From Octopus bimaculoides (Eukaryota): 63,089 nt of DNA. Positions 12,051-22,130 of the stretch are shown piece after piece (the stretch's first letter is position 1; every line of letters begins with the position of its first letter). The position numbers were made by a program, and so were the translations under genes. The stretch lies in the NCBI RefSeq assembly GCF_001194135.2, contig NC_068990.1, forward strand, positions 62,704,782 through 62,767,870, in the 5' to 3' direction. The notes below the pieces were generated by a model that was given only the letters and a program-made list of their open reading frames with translations, did not search any database and had not been told where the DNA came from.

Positions 12051-12757
12051 ATATAGGCAGGGAAAAGAATGGAAAATATGATATAGAGAATCTGAATAGC
12101 ATTTAGTGAGGCATTTTCTCAGGACGATGTTATCTTCGTTCCTCTGTTTGAAATTCAGTGTTTATAGTAACTATCAATGTGGGATTTGTAGATTTTGAAG
12201 CCTGTAATACACAAAGTATAATGATGGAGAGTTATTGCGTAGAAATATGCCAATGTGTAATTAACTGATTAGAATAAAATCTTTAATAATTTAATGTGTA
12301 TTTTCTTTTATGCATTTTAGCTTCATTTCTCTAATTTCATTCATTTATTTTTCATCTTCACATCCTTACATCTGGAACAGATTCTGACTAAAGAAAATTC
12401 GCTTCTCCTTTTGTGCTGCTGGTATTATTTTTCTTAGTTACTTCAATGACATTTCTTACAGTCTTCGAGCATAACAGTTTCTGAATGCACGTGCGCGCGC
12501 ACGTATACACACAAACAGAGACACACACACACACACACACACACANNNNNNNNNNNNNNNNNNNNNNNNNNNNNNNNNNNNNNNNNNNNNNNNNNNNNNN
12601 NNNNNNNNNNNNNNNNNNNNNNNNNNNNNNNNNNNNNNNNNNNNNNNNNNNNNNNNNNNNNNNNNNNNNNNNNNNNNNNNNNNNNNNNNNNNNNNNNNNN
12701 NNNNNNNNNNNNNNNNNNNNNNNNNNNNNNNNNNNNNNNNNNNNNNNNNNNNNNNNN

Positions 12758-13084
12758 CCCAGGTCTTATTCTTTGTAAGCCTAGTACTTATTCTATCGGT
12801 CTCTTTAACCGAACCGCTAAGTTACGGGGACGTAAACACACCAGCATCGGTTGTCAAGCGATGGTGGGGGGACAAACACAGACACACAAACACACATACA
12901 TATATATATATACATGTATACGACGGGATTCTTTCAGCTTCCGTCTACCAAATCCACTCACAAGGCTTTGATCGGCCCGAGGCTATAGTAGAAGACACTT
13001 GCCCAAGGTGCCACACAGTGGGACTGAACCCAAAACCATGTGATTGGTAAGCAAGCTACTTACCACACAGCCACTCCTACGCCT
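12758..13084 (-). mobile_element. SINE-A copy (3' end lost in gap)
   Basis: Head AGGCGTAGGAGTGGCTGTGTGGTAAG, ccttgggcaagtgtctt domain, internal (TA/CA)n, then 3' module. Confidence 0.9.
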
Positions 13085-13400
13085 TTTGTTCATTAAGACA
13101 AAATATTTTCTCGATAAGGGTGGATAACGACCCATTGACAACGACCCAGTAGACAGTCAGTGATATGACTATTTCAGTGTGAATTAAAATGATGATAAGA
13201 TTATATTCCTAATATAATACAACATTGGAGTATTAAACTTATACTTGCCAAAAGTTACCTCGTGTGTCATCTATGAATGTGTAGTCACCACCTCAGTCAA
13301 CGTTATAGTTAAGGCACTTACTTGTTTAGGCAAAACAATATATAGTAGTTGGTGATATCACAAGTTGTTGGTATTTAAAGACATATAATCAATTATGCAT

Positions 13401-13466
<66 letters not shown>

Positions 13467-13790
13467 ACAATTAAAAGGGTAAAGGTTTATCAATTTATTA
13501 ATTTATTAATAAATTAACAATTAATAATTTTACCAAGCCCTTCGGTCTGTAAACACCATTTGCTGATCCCTTAATTATGTTTATATATATATATATATAT
13601 ATNNNNNNNNNNNNNNNNNNNNNNNNNNNNNNNNNNNNNNNNNNNNNNNNNNNNNNNNNNNNNNNNNNNNNNNNNNNNNNNNNNNNNNNNNNNNNNNNNN
13701 NNNNNNNNNNNNNNNNNNNNNNNNNNNNNNNNNNNNNNNNNNNNNNNNNNNNNNNNNNNNNNNNNNNNNNNNNNNNNNNNNNNNNNNAGA

Positions 13791-13858
<68 letters not shown>

Positions 13859-13871
13859 TAGATAGATAGAC

Positions 13872-13937
<66 letters not shown>

Positions 13938-13954
13938 ATATACATAAATGTATG

Positions 13955-14150
13955 TAGAGAGAGAGGGGGAGAGGAAGGAAGAGAGAGTGAGAGAGAGGAG
14001 GTGAGAGACAGGAGGTGAGAGAGGAGGTGAGAGAGGGAGAGAGAGGAAGAGAGGGAGAGAGAGGAAGAGAAGGAGAGAGAGGAAGAGAGGGAGAGAGAGG
14101 AAGAGAAGGAGAGAGAGGAAGAGAGGGAGAGAGAGGAAGCGAGGGTTAGT
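13955..14150 (+). repeat. Purine-only minisatellite (gagagaggaagagarggga-like, about 18-bp unit) after (GATA)/(GACA) arrays
   Basis: Directly visible tandem units. Confidence 0.8.
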
Positions 14151-14789
14151 AATGCAGATAAACACAGTATATATATACACAAATATACACGTAGATACAC
14201 ACACATATGCATGAAAGGCAATACATACTATATAAAATATAAAAAGAAAATACGTAATGTCTTACTTCGACAGCTGTTTCAGGAAGCCAAGAGTTACGTA
14301 ATAATTATAACTTGCAAGTGATATATATACACAACCGGTCATGGGCATGTAATCTGTGAACAGTCACATGAAGATACTGCAATAAGTCCAGCTTATTATG
14401 TATATAAACATTTATACATACACCCACAGACAAACTCACGTGCACATATCTATACATATATAGATACATACCTATCGTATCATATAATTAGGTGCTTAAT
14501 ATCTCTGAAGTTGAAATTCTTCTGAGGTGAATGGTTTCTGTTATTTGTGAACAAAATAAATATTCATTAATGTAATGACGCTTCTTCGTTCAACTAACTG
14601 TCATTCTCTTAAAGACAAGTATTATAATAAGTAATTTAGCTTCTGGTATTTAACTAAGTCTAAGTATACAAACTCCATAGCTATTATAAACGGCTCTTCT
14701 CCGAACCTTAAATAAGTTAACTCTGCACATATGTTGACTGGCTTCATTTATTTCAATTACCATGAAGTGAAGAATCACAGAAACCACCA

Positions 14790-15130
14790 GAGATTAATTA
14801 ACTGTCTTAAAACAATCAAAGATGCAATTGCAAAATTTATAAAAGAGCAGAAAAACCAAAAGAATGTGAAAACCAAAAGAGTCATAACTTGATTTCTCAA
14901 ACATTTGAGATATTTAGAAATAATAAAACAGTAAAGCATTTCGTGTTTCACAGTCCTGAAATTCAAATTGTTACAGATAAATTTCATTTGATTTCACTCC
15001 TCGTAAATCTAGAATTTTCTAACGAGGAAATTAAAAACGTAAGAAGTCTGCCAACTTGAAGGTTTCAAAATTGGTATAAACTGCAGGTTTCAGCGGTCCA
15101 TCAAAGATTTTATACGATTCTTATGTGTAA
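14790..15130 (+). pseudogene. Possible Penelope-like RT palm/thumb remnant
   Basis: KDAIAKFIKEQ..VIT*FL and FHSPEIQ...LEFSNEEI..FQNWYKLQ resemble the post-YRDD segments seen at 34.8-35.2 kb. Very decayed. Confidence 0.3.
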
Positions 15131-15772
15131 TTAATCACTAGTCACGATTGAACACCTAACTGCCCCAAACACAAACATGTCTCCTTTATTCTCATTCGTC
15201 TATTTGATTCATCAGTTTTCCATGTTTTCCTTTTTCCTTTTTATCTTTTCTTTCTTTTCCATTCTTTCTCTTCACTCTTTACACTTTCACGCCAATTACC
15301 ATAACCATTTTATACAATAACAGTTTCACCGTATCTTTTCCTCTCCTTCCATTCAGACTTTCTCCTCTTCTCTTAATGTCTTTGTGCCTTTCTTTTCAAC
15401 CATCGTTTCCACGTTTCCGTCACCTCTCTCTCTTGTTCCCTCTCTCCCTCATATACACTTACCCTCACACACACACACACACACACAATATTTGCCATTT
15501 TCCATTGTTCCTATTATCACCTTTCTTTTTCTATCATTCTATTCACTCACATTGACTTTTGAACTTTCAGACATCATTTTAAATGCTATGTAATATTACC
15601 TCCTATGATGAGGATGTTTGGAATATTTGAAATGTGTCGTCTGCCAAAATATGGGTTAATCTTTCTCAGCTGTGATTTAGAATATGTTGCAACTTGGTAA
15701 TGTCACTGAAGAACATAACACACATATATTTAGTATACAGGCACAAGTGTGTGTGTGTATATATTATGTATT

Positions 15773-15847
<75 letters not shown>

Positions 15848-15994
15848 GTATATGATGCGTACACACACACAGAAACATATAATGCAGAATTACATACATA
15901 TATGTTTGCATCTGTCTGTATGTACCCGCGAGTGTGTATGGATGGATGTTTGCAAATAATAATAATAATATTGATAAAATGATAGATAAAATTC

Positions 15995-16375
15995 ATGAAA
16001 GGTTTCTCAAAATTTCGGTGTCTTCCGTCACTTAACGGTTTTCCTTCACCAGTTTCTACGTAAGCAGTAAATTCTTACGTAGAATATCTTTGTATTGTTT
16101 ATCATTACACCAATCTTTATGTTTAACCTATTTTTATAATTTTATTTTAATTTTTATTCAACTTCAACAACTTCTCTATCAGCTCTATTACCTTCCTTTA
16201 AAATTTATCATAAGCAGTAATGTACTTTCTCTGTAAAGGTTAGTACTTTTGTAGATCTGTTGTTGCCTGAGTGTTCTTCAACAAAACAAAGCTTTCAGCT
16301 GTGTACACTGTTTTCATCCTCATAAAGTATAACGTATTTCAGTTTATAATTGAAGCCGTTTCCTCATGGCCCTCT
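15995..16375 (-). mobile_element. Penelope-like element 3' end (GIY-YIG C-terminus plus structured 3' region)
   Basis: Minus-strand frame YKLKYVILYEDENSVHS*KLCFVEEHSGNNRSTKVLTFTEKVHYC resembles the PLE W.IL...C.LC..E...C-terminal pattern. A hammerhead-like fold follows about 110 nt downstream. Confidence 0.45.
16009..16090 (-). ncRNA. Degenerate type III-like hammerhead ribozyme
   Basis: On the minus strand: AUA triplet, perfect 11-bp stem I (16054-16064/16074-16084), CUGGUGA, A, stem II (GG..ccgtt-aagt-gacgg..CC), GAAA, 5-bp stem III. Confidence 0.4.
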
Positions 16376-17037
16376 GAATAGGTAACCTCAGGATTTATCG
16401 GTACACCCAGACACACAGACACACACACTCTCTCTCCCTTTCTCTCTCTCTCAAACACATACTCACGTATGCACGTATCAATATATATATNNNNNNNNNN
16501 NNNNNNNNNNNNNNNNNNNNNNNNNNNNNNNNNNNNNNNNNNNNNNNNNNNNNNNNNNNNNNNNNNNNNNNNNNNNNNNNNNNNNNNNNNNNNNNNNNNN
16601 NNNNNNNNNNNNNNNNNNNNNNNNNNNNNNNNNNNNNNNNNNNNNNNNNNNNNNNNNNNNNNNNNNNNNNNNNNNNNNNNNNNNNNNNNNNNNNNNNNNN
16701 NNNNNNNNNNNNNNNNNNNNNNNNNNNNNNNNNNNNNNNNNNNNNNNNNNNNNNNNNNNNNNNNNNNNNNNNNNNNNNNNNNNNNNNNNNNNNNNNNNNN
16801 NNNNNNNNNNNNNNNNNNNNNNNNNNNNNNNNNNNNNNNNNNNNNNNNNNNNNNNNNNNNNNNNNNNNNNNNNNNNNNNNNNNNNNNNNNNNNNNNNNNN
16901 NNNNNNNNNNNNNNNNNNNNNNNNNNNNNNNNNNNNNNNNNNNNNNNNNNNNNNNNNNNNNNNNNNNNNNNNNNNNNNNNNNNNNNNNNNNNNNNNNNNN
17001 NNNNNNNNNNNNNNNNNNNNNNNNNNNNNNNNNNNNN

Positions 17038-17240
17038 TGTGTGTCTGTGTTTGTCCCCCCAACATCGTTTGACAACCGATGCTGATGTATTTACGTTCCC
17101 GTAACATAGCGGTTCGGCAAAAGAGACCGATAGAATAAGTACTAGGCTTACAAAGAATAAGTCCTGGGGTCGATTTGCTCGACTAAAGGCGGTGCTCCAA
17201 CATGGCCGCAGTCAAATGACTGAAACAAGTAAAAGAGTAA
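17038..17240 (+). mobile_element. SINE-A 3' module (head lost in gap)
   Basis: gcggttcggcaaaagagaccgatagaataagtact...ggggtcgatttgctcgactaaaggcggtgctcc...gaaacaagtaaaagagt. Confidence 0.9.
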
Positions 17241-17259
17241 TATATATATATATATGGAT

Positions 17260-17410
17260 TCAAGGTGGCGAGGTGGCAGAATCGTTACCGCGCCAGGCTA
17301 AATGCTTTTCATACTTTCGGCGTCGATAAAATAAGTACTAGTTGAACACCTGAGTCGATCTAATCGACTTGACCCTCCCCTAATCTTTCTGACCTTATGC
17401 CAAAATTTGA
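17260..17410 (+). mobile_element. SINE-D copy, internally deleted
   Basis: aaggtggcgaggtggcagaatcgtta head, then tcgataaaataagtac...gtcgatctaatcgact. Confidence 0.7.
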
Positions 17411-17664
17411 AACCTATATATATATCTGCACAAACTCACGCATACAAACACACACATATACACGTGTGTGAGAATCGACTAAGTGTATGGTTGTCAGTAT
17501 TCTTGATATTTAGTCGCAGGCCAGCTGTGGAGGAAACAGATCATCAAAGGTCTTCCAATACACACTCAAACGGCGCACGCGCGTCCACACATATACATAC
17601 ACGTGAAAATGTAAAAGACAGTTTGTTGGTATGTTTAGTTCTGTAATAGCAATAGTCCTTTCTG

Positions 17665-18088
17665 CTATAGGCACAAGGCCTGAAACTTTGAAAGAAGTGG
17701 GGCTAATCGATCACATCGATCCTAAAATTCAATTGTTACTTGTCTTATCGACCCCATCAGAAAGAAAGGCCAAGTTAACCTCGGAGGTATTTGAACTCAG
17801 AACATAATGTCAGAAAAAATGTCACTAAGCATTTTGTCCGGCGCGGCTACGATTCTGCCAGCTTGCTGTCTTAATAAGGCCAGCAATTTCGGGGAAAATA
17901 TAAAATTTACCTGAATAATCGATGGGATTACATCGACTCCAGTGCTCGACTGGTATTTATTTTATCGACCTGGAAAGGATGAAAGGCAAAGTCAAATTCG
18001 GCGGAATTTAACCCAGAGAGGTCAGACGGACGAAACGTAGCTAAGCATTTTGCACGGTGTGCTAACAATTCTGCTAGCTCCTCGCCTT
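17665..18088 (-). mobile_element. Two tandem SINE-D copies (17665-17872 and 17873-18088)
   Basis: Each contains gaaaggcaaagt..acctcgg/cggaattt.aac and ends in ctgccagct.gc.gcctt. Confidence 0.8.
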
Positions 18089-18103
18089 AATAATAATAAT
18101 AAT

Positions 18104-18207
18104 AAAGAGACTACACCGGGGAAGGAGACTACACCGGGGAAGGAGACTACACCGGTAAAGGAGACTACACCGGGGAAGGAGACTACACCGGTAAAGGAGA
18201 CTACACC
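18104..18207 (+). repeat. 18-bp minisatellite AAGGAGACTACACCGG(GG/TA), running into a gap
   Basis: About 5.7 near-perfect units visible. Confidence 0.95.
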
Positions 18208-18706
18208 NNNNNNNNNNNNNNNNNNNNNNNNNNNNNNNNNNNNNNNNNNNNNNNNNNNNNNNNNNNNNNNNNNNNNNNNNNNNNNNNNNNNNNNNNNNNN
18301 NNNNNNNNNNNNNNNNNNNNNNNNNNNNNNNNNNNNNNNNNNNNNNNNNNNNNNNNNNNNNNNNNNNNNNNNNNNNNNNNNNNNNNNNNNNNNNNNNNNN
18401 NNNNNNNNNNNNNNNNNNNNNNNNNNNNNNNNNNNNNNNNNNNNNNNNNNNNNNNNNNNNNNNNNNNNNNNNNNNNNNNNNNNNNNNNNNNNNNNNNNNN
18501 NNNNNNNNNNNNNNNNNNNNNNNNNNNNNNNNNNNNNNNNNNNNNNNNNNNNNNNNNNNNNNNNNNNNNNNNNNNNNNNNNNNNNNNNNNNNNNNNNNNN
18601 NNNNNNNNNNNNNNNNNNNNNNNNNNNNNNNNNNNNNNNNNNNNNNNNNNNNNNNNNNNNNNNNNNNNNNNNNNNNNNNNNNNNNNNNNNNNNNNNNNNN
18701 NNNNAT

Positions 18707-18960
18707 ATAAAATATGGAGGTGCCTTAGGTATAATAAAAAAATATTCAGACAAATACATAACAAAAACACCAGGACTTACAAATATATATATAACATACA
18801 GAAAATTGCACTACTGGGTACTGCACACATTCTACGCAAAACACTTTCAATACAGTAAACATAAGAGCACCACAACAAACCACAGCACATACCCAAGGCG
18901 CACAGAGCTGCGCTCGGTAGTGAAGTGAGAAAGCACGTTATAAAAATAAAACTACTGAAC

Positions 18961-19023
<63 letters not shown>
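18707..19023 (+). mobile_element. R4/Dong-type (RLE) LINE 3' end with (AAT)n tail
   Basis: GALGIIKKYSDKYITKTPGLTNIY..IQKIALLGTAHILRKTLSIQ*, the typical C-terminal GALG...KxALLGTAxILR motif. Short 3'UTR and about 21 AAT repeats. Confidence 0.85.
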
Positions 19024-19029
19024 TGTTTC

Positions 19030-19160
19030 TACTATAGGCACAAGGCCTGAAATTTTGGAGATGAGTCAAGTCGATTACATCGACTCCAATATTTCCTTGG
19101 TACTTAATTTATCGACTCTGAAAGGATGAAAAGCAAAGTCGAATTTGAACTTAGAATGTA
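19030..19160 (-). mobile_element. SINE-D fragment
   Basis: aggcacaaggcctgaaatttt...gtcgattacatcgac...gaaaggatgaaaagcaaagtcga. Confidence 0.8.
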
Positions 19161-19186
19161 ATAATAATAATGATAATAATAATAAT

Positions 19187-19332
19187 ATGAGATCACTATG
19201 TCGCGCACATGTGGTTGTAATGCATGTGCCTGGTGTACCCTTATCAGACGGGTAGTCATGTTGGATATACTGGGCTTTGTGTATTTTACTCCAATGTCAC
19301 TTTGAAGGCATGCACTGCTCTCTCACTCAATA
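19187..19332 (+). mobile_element. Second, 5'-truncated copy of the (TAA)n-embedded retroposon
   Basis: Matches the reverse complement of 8392-8540. AAT repeats on both sides. Confidence 0.75.
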
Positions 19333-20080
19333 ATGGTAATAATAATCATGAAGAAGAAGAAGAAGAAGAAGAAGAAGAAGAAGAAGAAGAAGAAGAAGAA
19401 GAAGAAAATGTCCCATTGAATAGTGTATCTGATGAAGAAAGAGTTTCCTCCGAAGAGTGTTATCTAAAATGAATTAGCAATGTGCTGTTCTAGATAATGA
19501 GTCTATGAAAGGTCCTCTACTTAGACTCCCAAGAAATAGCTCCCTAAATTAGTTTTATACAGTAAACATACCACCATCAAAAGAAGAAATGGTATATTAA
19601 CTAATACAGTCCGAAATACAGTTTACCTGAATAATCGATAGGATTGCCAAGGCTGCAATATCTCTGATTTTAGCTTTGCTATGTCACGGTTGCCCTAGCT
19701 TTAATCAAGAACAAGAAAAACAACAACAACAACCAAAGCAACATTGATAACGACTTAACCCTGTATTTTGTTCACATTTTTAGAGAGATGGAGAGACTGA
19801 TGTCATCGCACCGCGCTAGAACAGCATACTTAACGGCACTTAATGTAGTTTTCTGTTTTAAATTTCAAGATGAAGTAATTTTTAACTATCGATTTCAATG
19901 AAGTCGGGAAAATTAAAAAAAAAAAAATAAAACAGTTACGGAGATGTACTTGCATAGCAAGTGACCTGATCTTAGATCGTGTGCTGGAACGAAAACAATT
20001 GCAGCGTAGAAGGTGTTTATAAGCCATTTAAAATAACACACAAGACCGTTAGATTCATTCACTTCAACATTTAAATTTAA

Positions 20081-20131
20081 TTTGTCAAAATATTTTCGTC
20101 GCTTTGAGACCGCGACCTGTTCACTAACAAA
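20081..20131 (-). ncRNA. Minimal type I hammerhead-like motif with G3:C8 core (left arm)
   Basis: Minus strand: TTTGTTA GTGAACA G GTCGC-ggtctcaaa-GCGAC GAA AATATT T TGACAAA. Confidence 0.55.
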
Positions 20132-20146
20132 ATTCTGTGCTAGAAT

Positions 20147-20197
20147 TTTGTCAGTGAACAAGTCGCGGTCTGAAAGCGATGAAAATATTTTGACAAA
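20147..20197 (+). ncRNA. Minimal type I hammerhead-like motif with G3:C8 core (right arm)
   Basis: TTTGTCA GTGAACA A GTCGC-ggtctgaaa-GCGAT GAA AATATT T TGACAAA: 7-bp stem I, 5-bp stem II, palindromic stem III. Confidence 0.55.
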
Positions 20198-21237
20198 TAA
20201 AATTTATATGTTGAAGTGAATCTAACGGTCTTTGTGTGTTATTTTAAATGGCTTATAAACACTTTCCACGCTGCAAAAAACAAAAAGACAAAAGAAAAAC
20301 AGAAGCTGTCATGGACACATAAGTGAGATCCAACAGGTATGAAAATAAACTTATCAAAAAAAAAGTTTATAAAAAATTATAAGATTATAAACAAAATTTA
20401 AAATTTATGCATTTTTAACACAGTAATATTGTTGGGTAAATTCAGCTATCAAAATAAATTATCATTAAGTTAAATTCTCCTGAACTGAGTTAAGCAGAGA
20501 GTTACTTGAATTGCTATCTCGTGATTCCATTTGAAAATATTTTATTAAAGCGAAACATCCACCAAGATTTATTAGAGTGCAAACTGTGTAAATACGAATA
20601 CTTAACTGGAAAAAAAAATCTGCTTAAATACCTAAGGTCGACTGATGAGCCGAAAATCAGCAAAGATATACGTAAGCATCAGATTATAATATAGTCCAAA
20701 TCACTGGCTTTTATCCTCAAGTAGGTAATTGTCCTAGAGAATTTATTACTGCTAAACAGATAAGTATCACAGATTCTTCCTACCGTACTAGGATGGGGCC
20801 ATCTTTGTATGTATATCCGGTTAAGGGATCAAGGATTAAGAAGTTATAATTCTTGTCAAGTCCGCATAATACTGTATTCACGCCCGGTAAAAATCAATGG
20901 AATGTTGTTTTCTAAATCATTGGATTATAGGATAAGCTGCAAATCTGTTTCTAAAACTAGGTAATCAGACTAGCACAATGACATCAATCTGTACCTAAGA
21001 TTACAGTAGTAACCGCTGATTAATATTGATTCTGAGAAATGATCAGTGATCTTTCTTGTTGAAGATTACACGAAATAATCGAACACAGCAGTGCATTGTT
21101 CTAGGCATAATGAAAGAAAATTGATTCTCTAAGTCTTACAATTTAGTTATCTGACAAATATACTTACACATAGACAGACAAAGAGGTTTGTATTCAAATA
21201 CATAGAAATACATTTATGAATTCACATACGCACGCAT

Positions 21238-21292
<55 letters not shown>

Positions 21293-21637
21293 GAGAGAGA
21301 GAGAGAGTGGGTAGTGAAAAAGTGGTTATCAGAGTGTTGAGTAAATCAGGAGAGGGAGAATGAATAGATAGAAAGGGTGGGGTAGAGAAAGAAAAGATGA
21401 GGGACAGATGGTGAATTAATGAGATAAAAATGATGAGAATAAAAGAAAACACAAAATAGAAAAATATAGCAATCCTTCAAATAAATGAACAAATACATCA
21501 TTTTAGAAAAAAAATCATACTATGCAATATTAATATATTTATAAATTTTAATCCAGAAATTATAAAAAGAAGCAGGTGAATATATAAAGAAGCACTGGAA
21601 ATATAAGGCCTGCAGTGATTTTAAACTGCAGGCCTAT

Positions 21638-21821
21638 ATTCTTTTATTCTTTAATTGGTTTCAGTCATTTGACTGCGGTCATGCTGGAGCATCGCATTTA
21701 TTCAAACAAATCGACTCCAGTACTTATTCTTTCTTTTGCCGAATCGCTAAGTTACGGGGACATAAACACACCAGCATCGATTGTCAAGCGATGGTAGGAG
21801 GGACACAGACACAGACACGCA

Positions 21822-21881
<60 letters not shown>

Positions 21882-22046
21882 CGACGGGCTTCTCTCAGTT
21901 TCTGTCTACCAAATCCACTCACAAGGCTTTAGTCGGCTCAAGGCTATAGTAGAACACACTTTGCCCAAGGTGTCACGCAGTGGGAGTGAATTCGGAACCA
22001 TGTGGTTGGGAAACAAGCTTTTTACCACACAGCCACGCCTGAGCCT
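21638..22046 (-). mobile_element. SINE-A, full length
   Basis: Head AGGCTCAGGCGTGGCTGTGTGGTAA at 22046, internal (TA)n, complete 3' module. Confidence 0.9.
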
Positions 22047-22051
22047 AAAAA
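22047..22051 (-). terminator. Pol III terminator (T5) of the tRNA-Asp gene
   Basis: TTTTT 7 nt after the tRNA 3' end on the minus strand. Confidence 0.6.
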
Positions 22052-22058
22052 TATGAGC

Positions 22059-22130
22059 CTCCCCGGCGGAGAATCGGACCCCGGTCTTCCGCGTGACAGG
22101 CGGGGATACTTACCACTGTTCTACCGAGGG
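22059..22130 (-). tRNA. trnD-GTC: tRNA-Asp(GTC), divergent, probably a pseudogene
   Basis: 72 nt: CCCTCGGTAGAACAGTGGTAAGTATCCCCGCCTGTCACGCGGAAGACCGGGGTCCGATTCTCCGCCGGGGAG. Cloverleaf with GTC anticodon, but C1xA72, A11xA24 and C27xA43 mismatches and T55C in the B box. Confidence 0.9.

Larger units (their letters stand above)
20000..20275. repeat. 276-bp imperfect palindrome (arms 20000-20136 and 20142-20275, 5-nt loop)
   Basis: Arms are reverse complements at roughly 88-90% identity by eye, with centre AAAATTCT-gtgct-AGAATTTT. Confidence 0.95.

Noticed and set aside
11690-12056. CRISPR-like or LTR/TRIM interpretation of the direct repeats
   Set aside because: There are only two unequal repeats, with no regular spacers, no TG..CA ends and no PBS/PPT, in a eukaryotic context.
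18050-18928. KETTPG-repeat mucin-like ORF
   Set aside because: It is an 18-bp minisatellite plus a gap plus a LINE 3' end, not a coherent gene.
20642-20660. CTGATGAGCCGAAA hammerhead-core-like match
   Set aside because: There is no room for stem II and no stem I complementarity.
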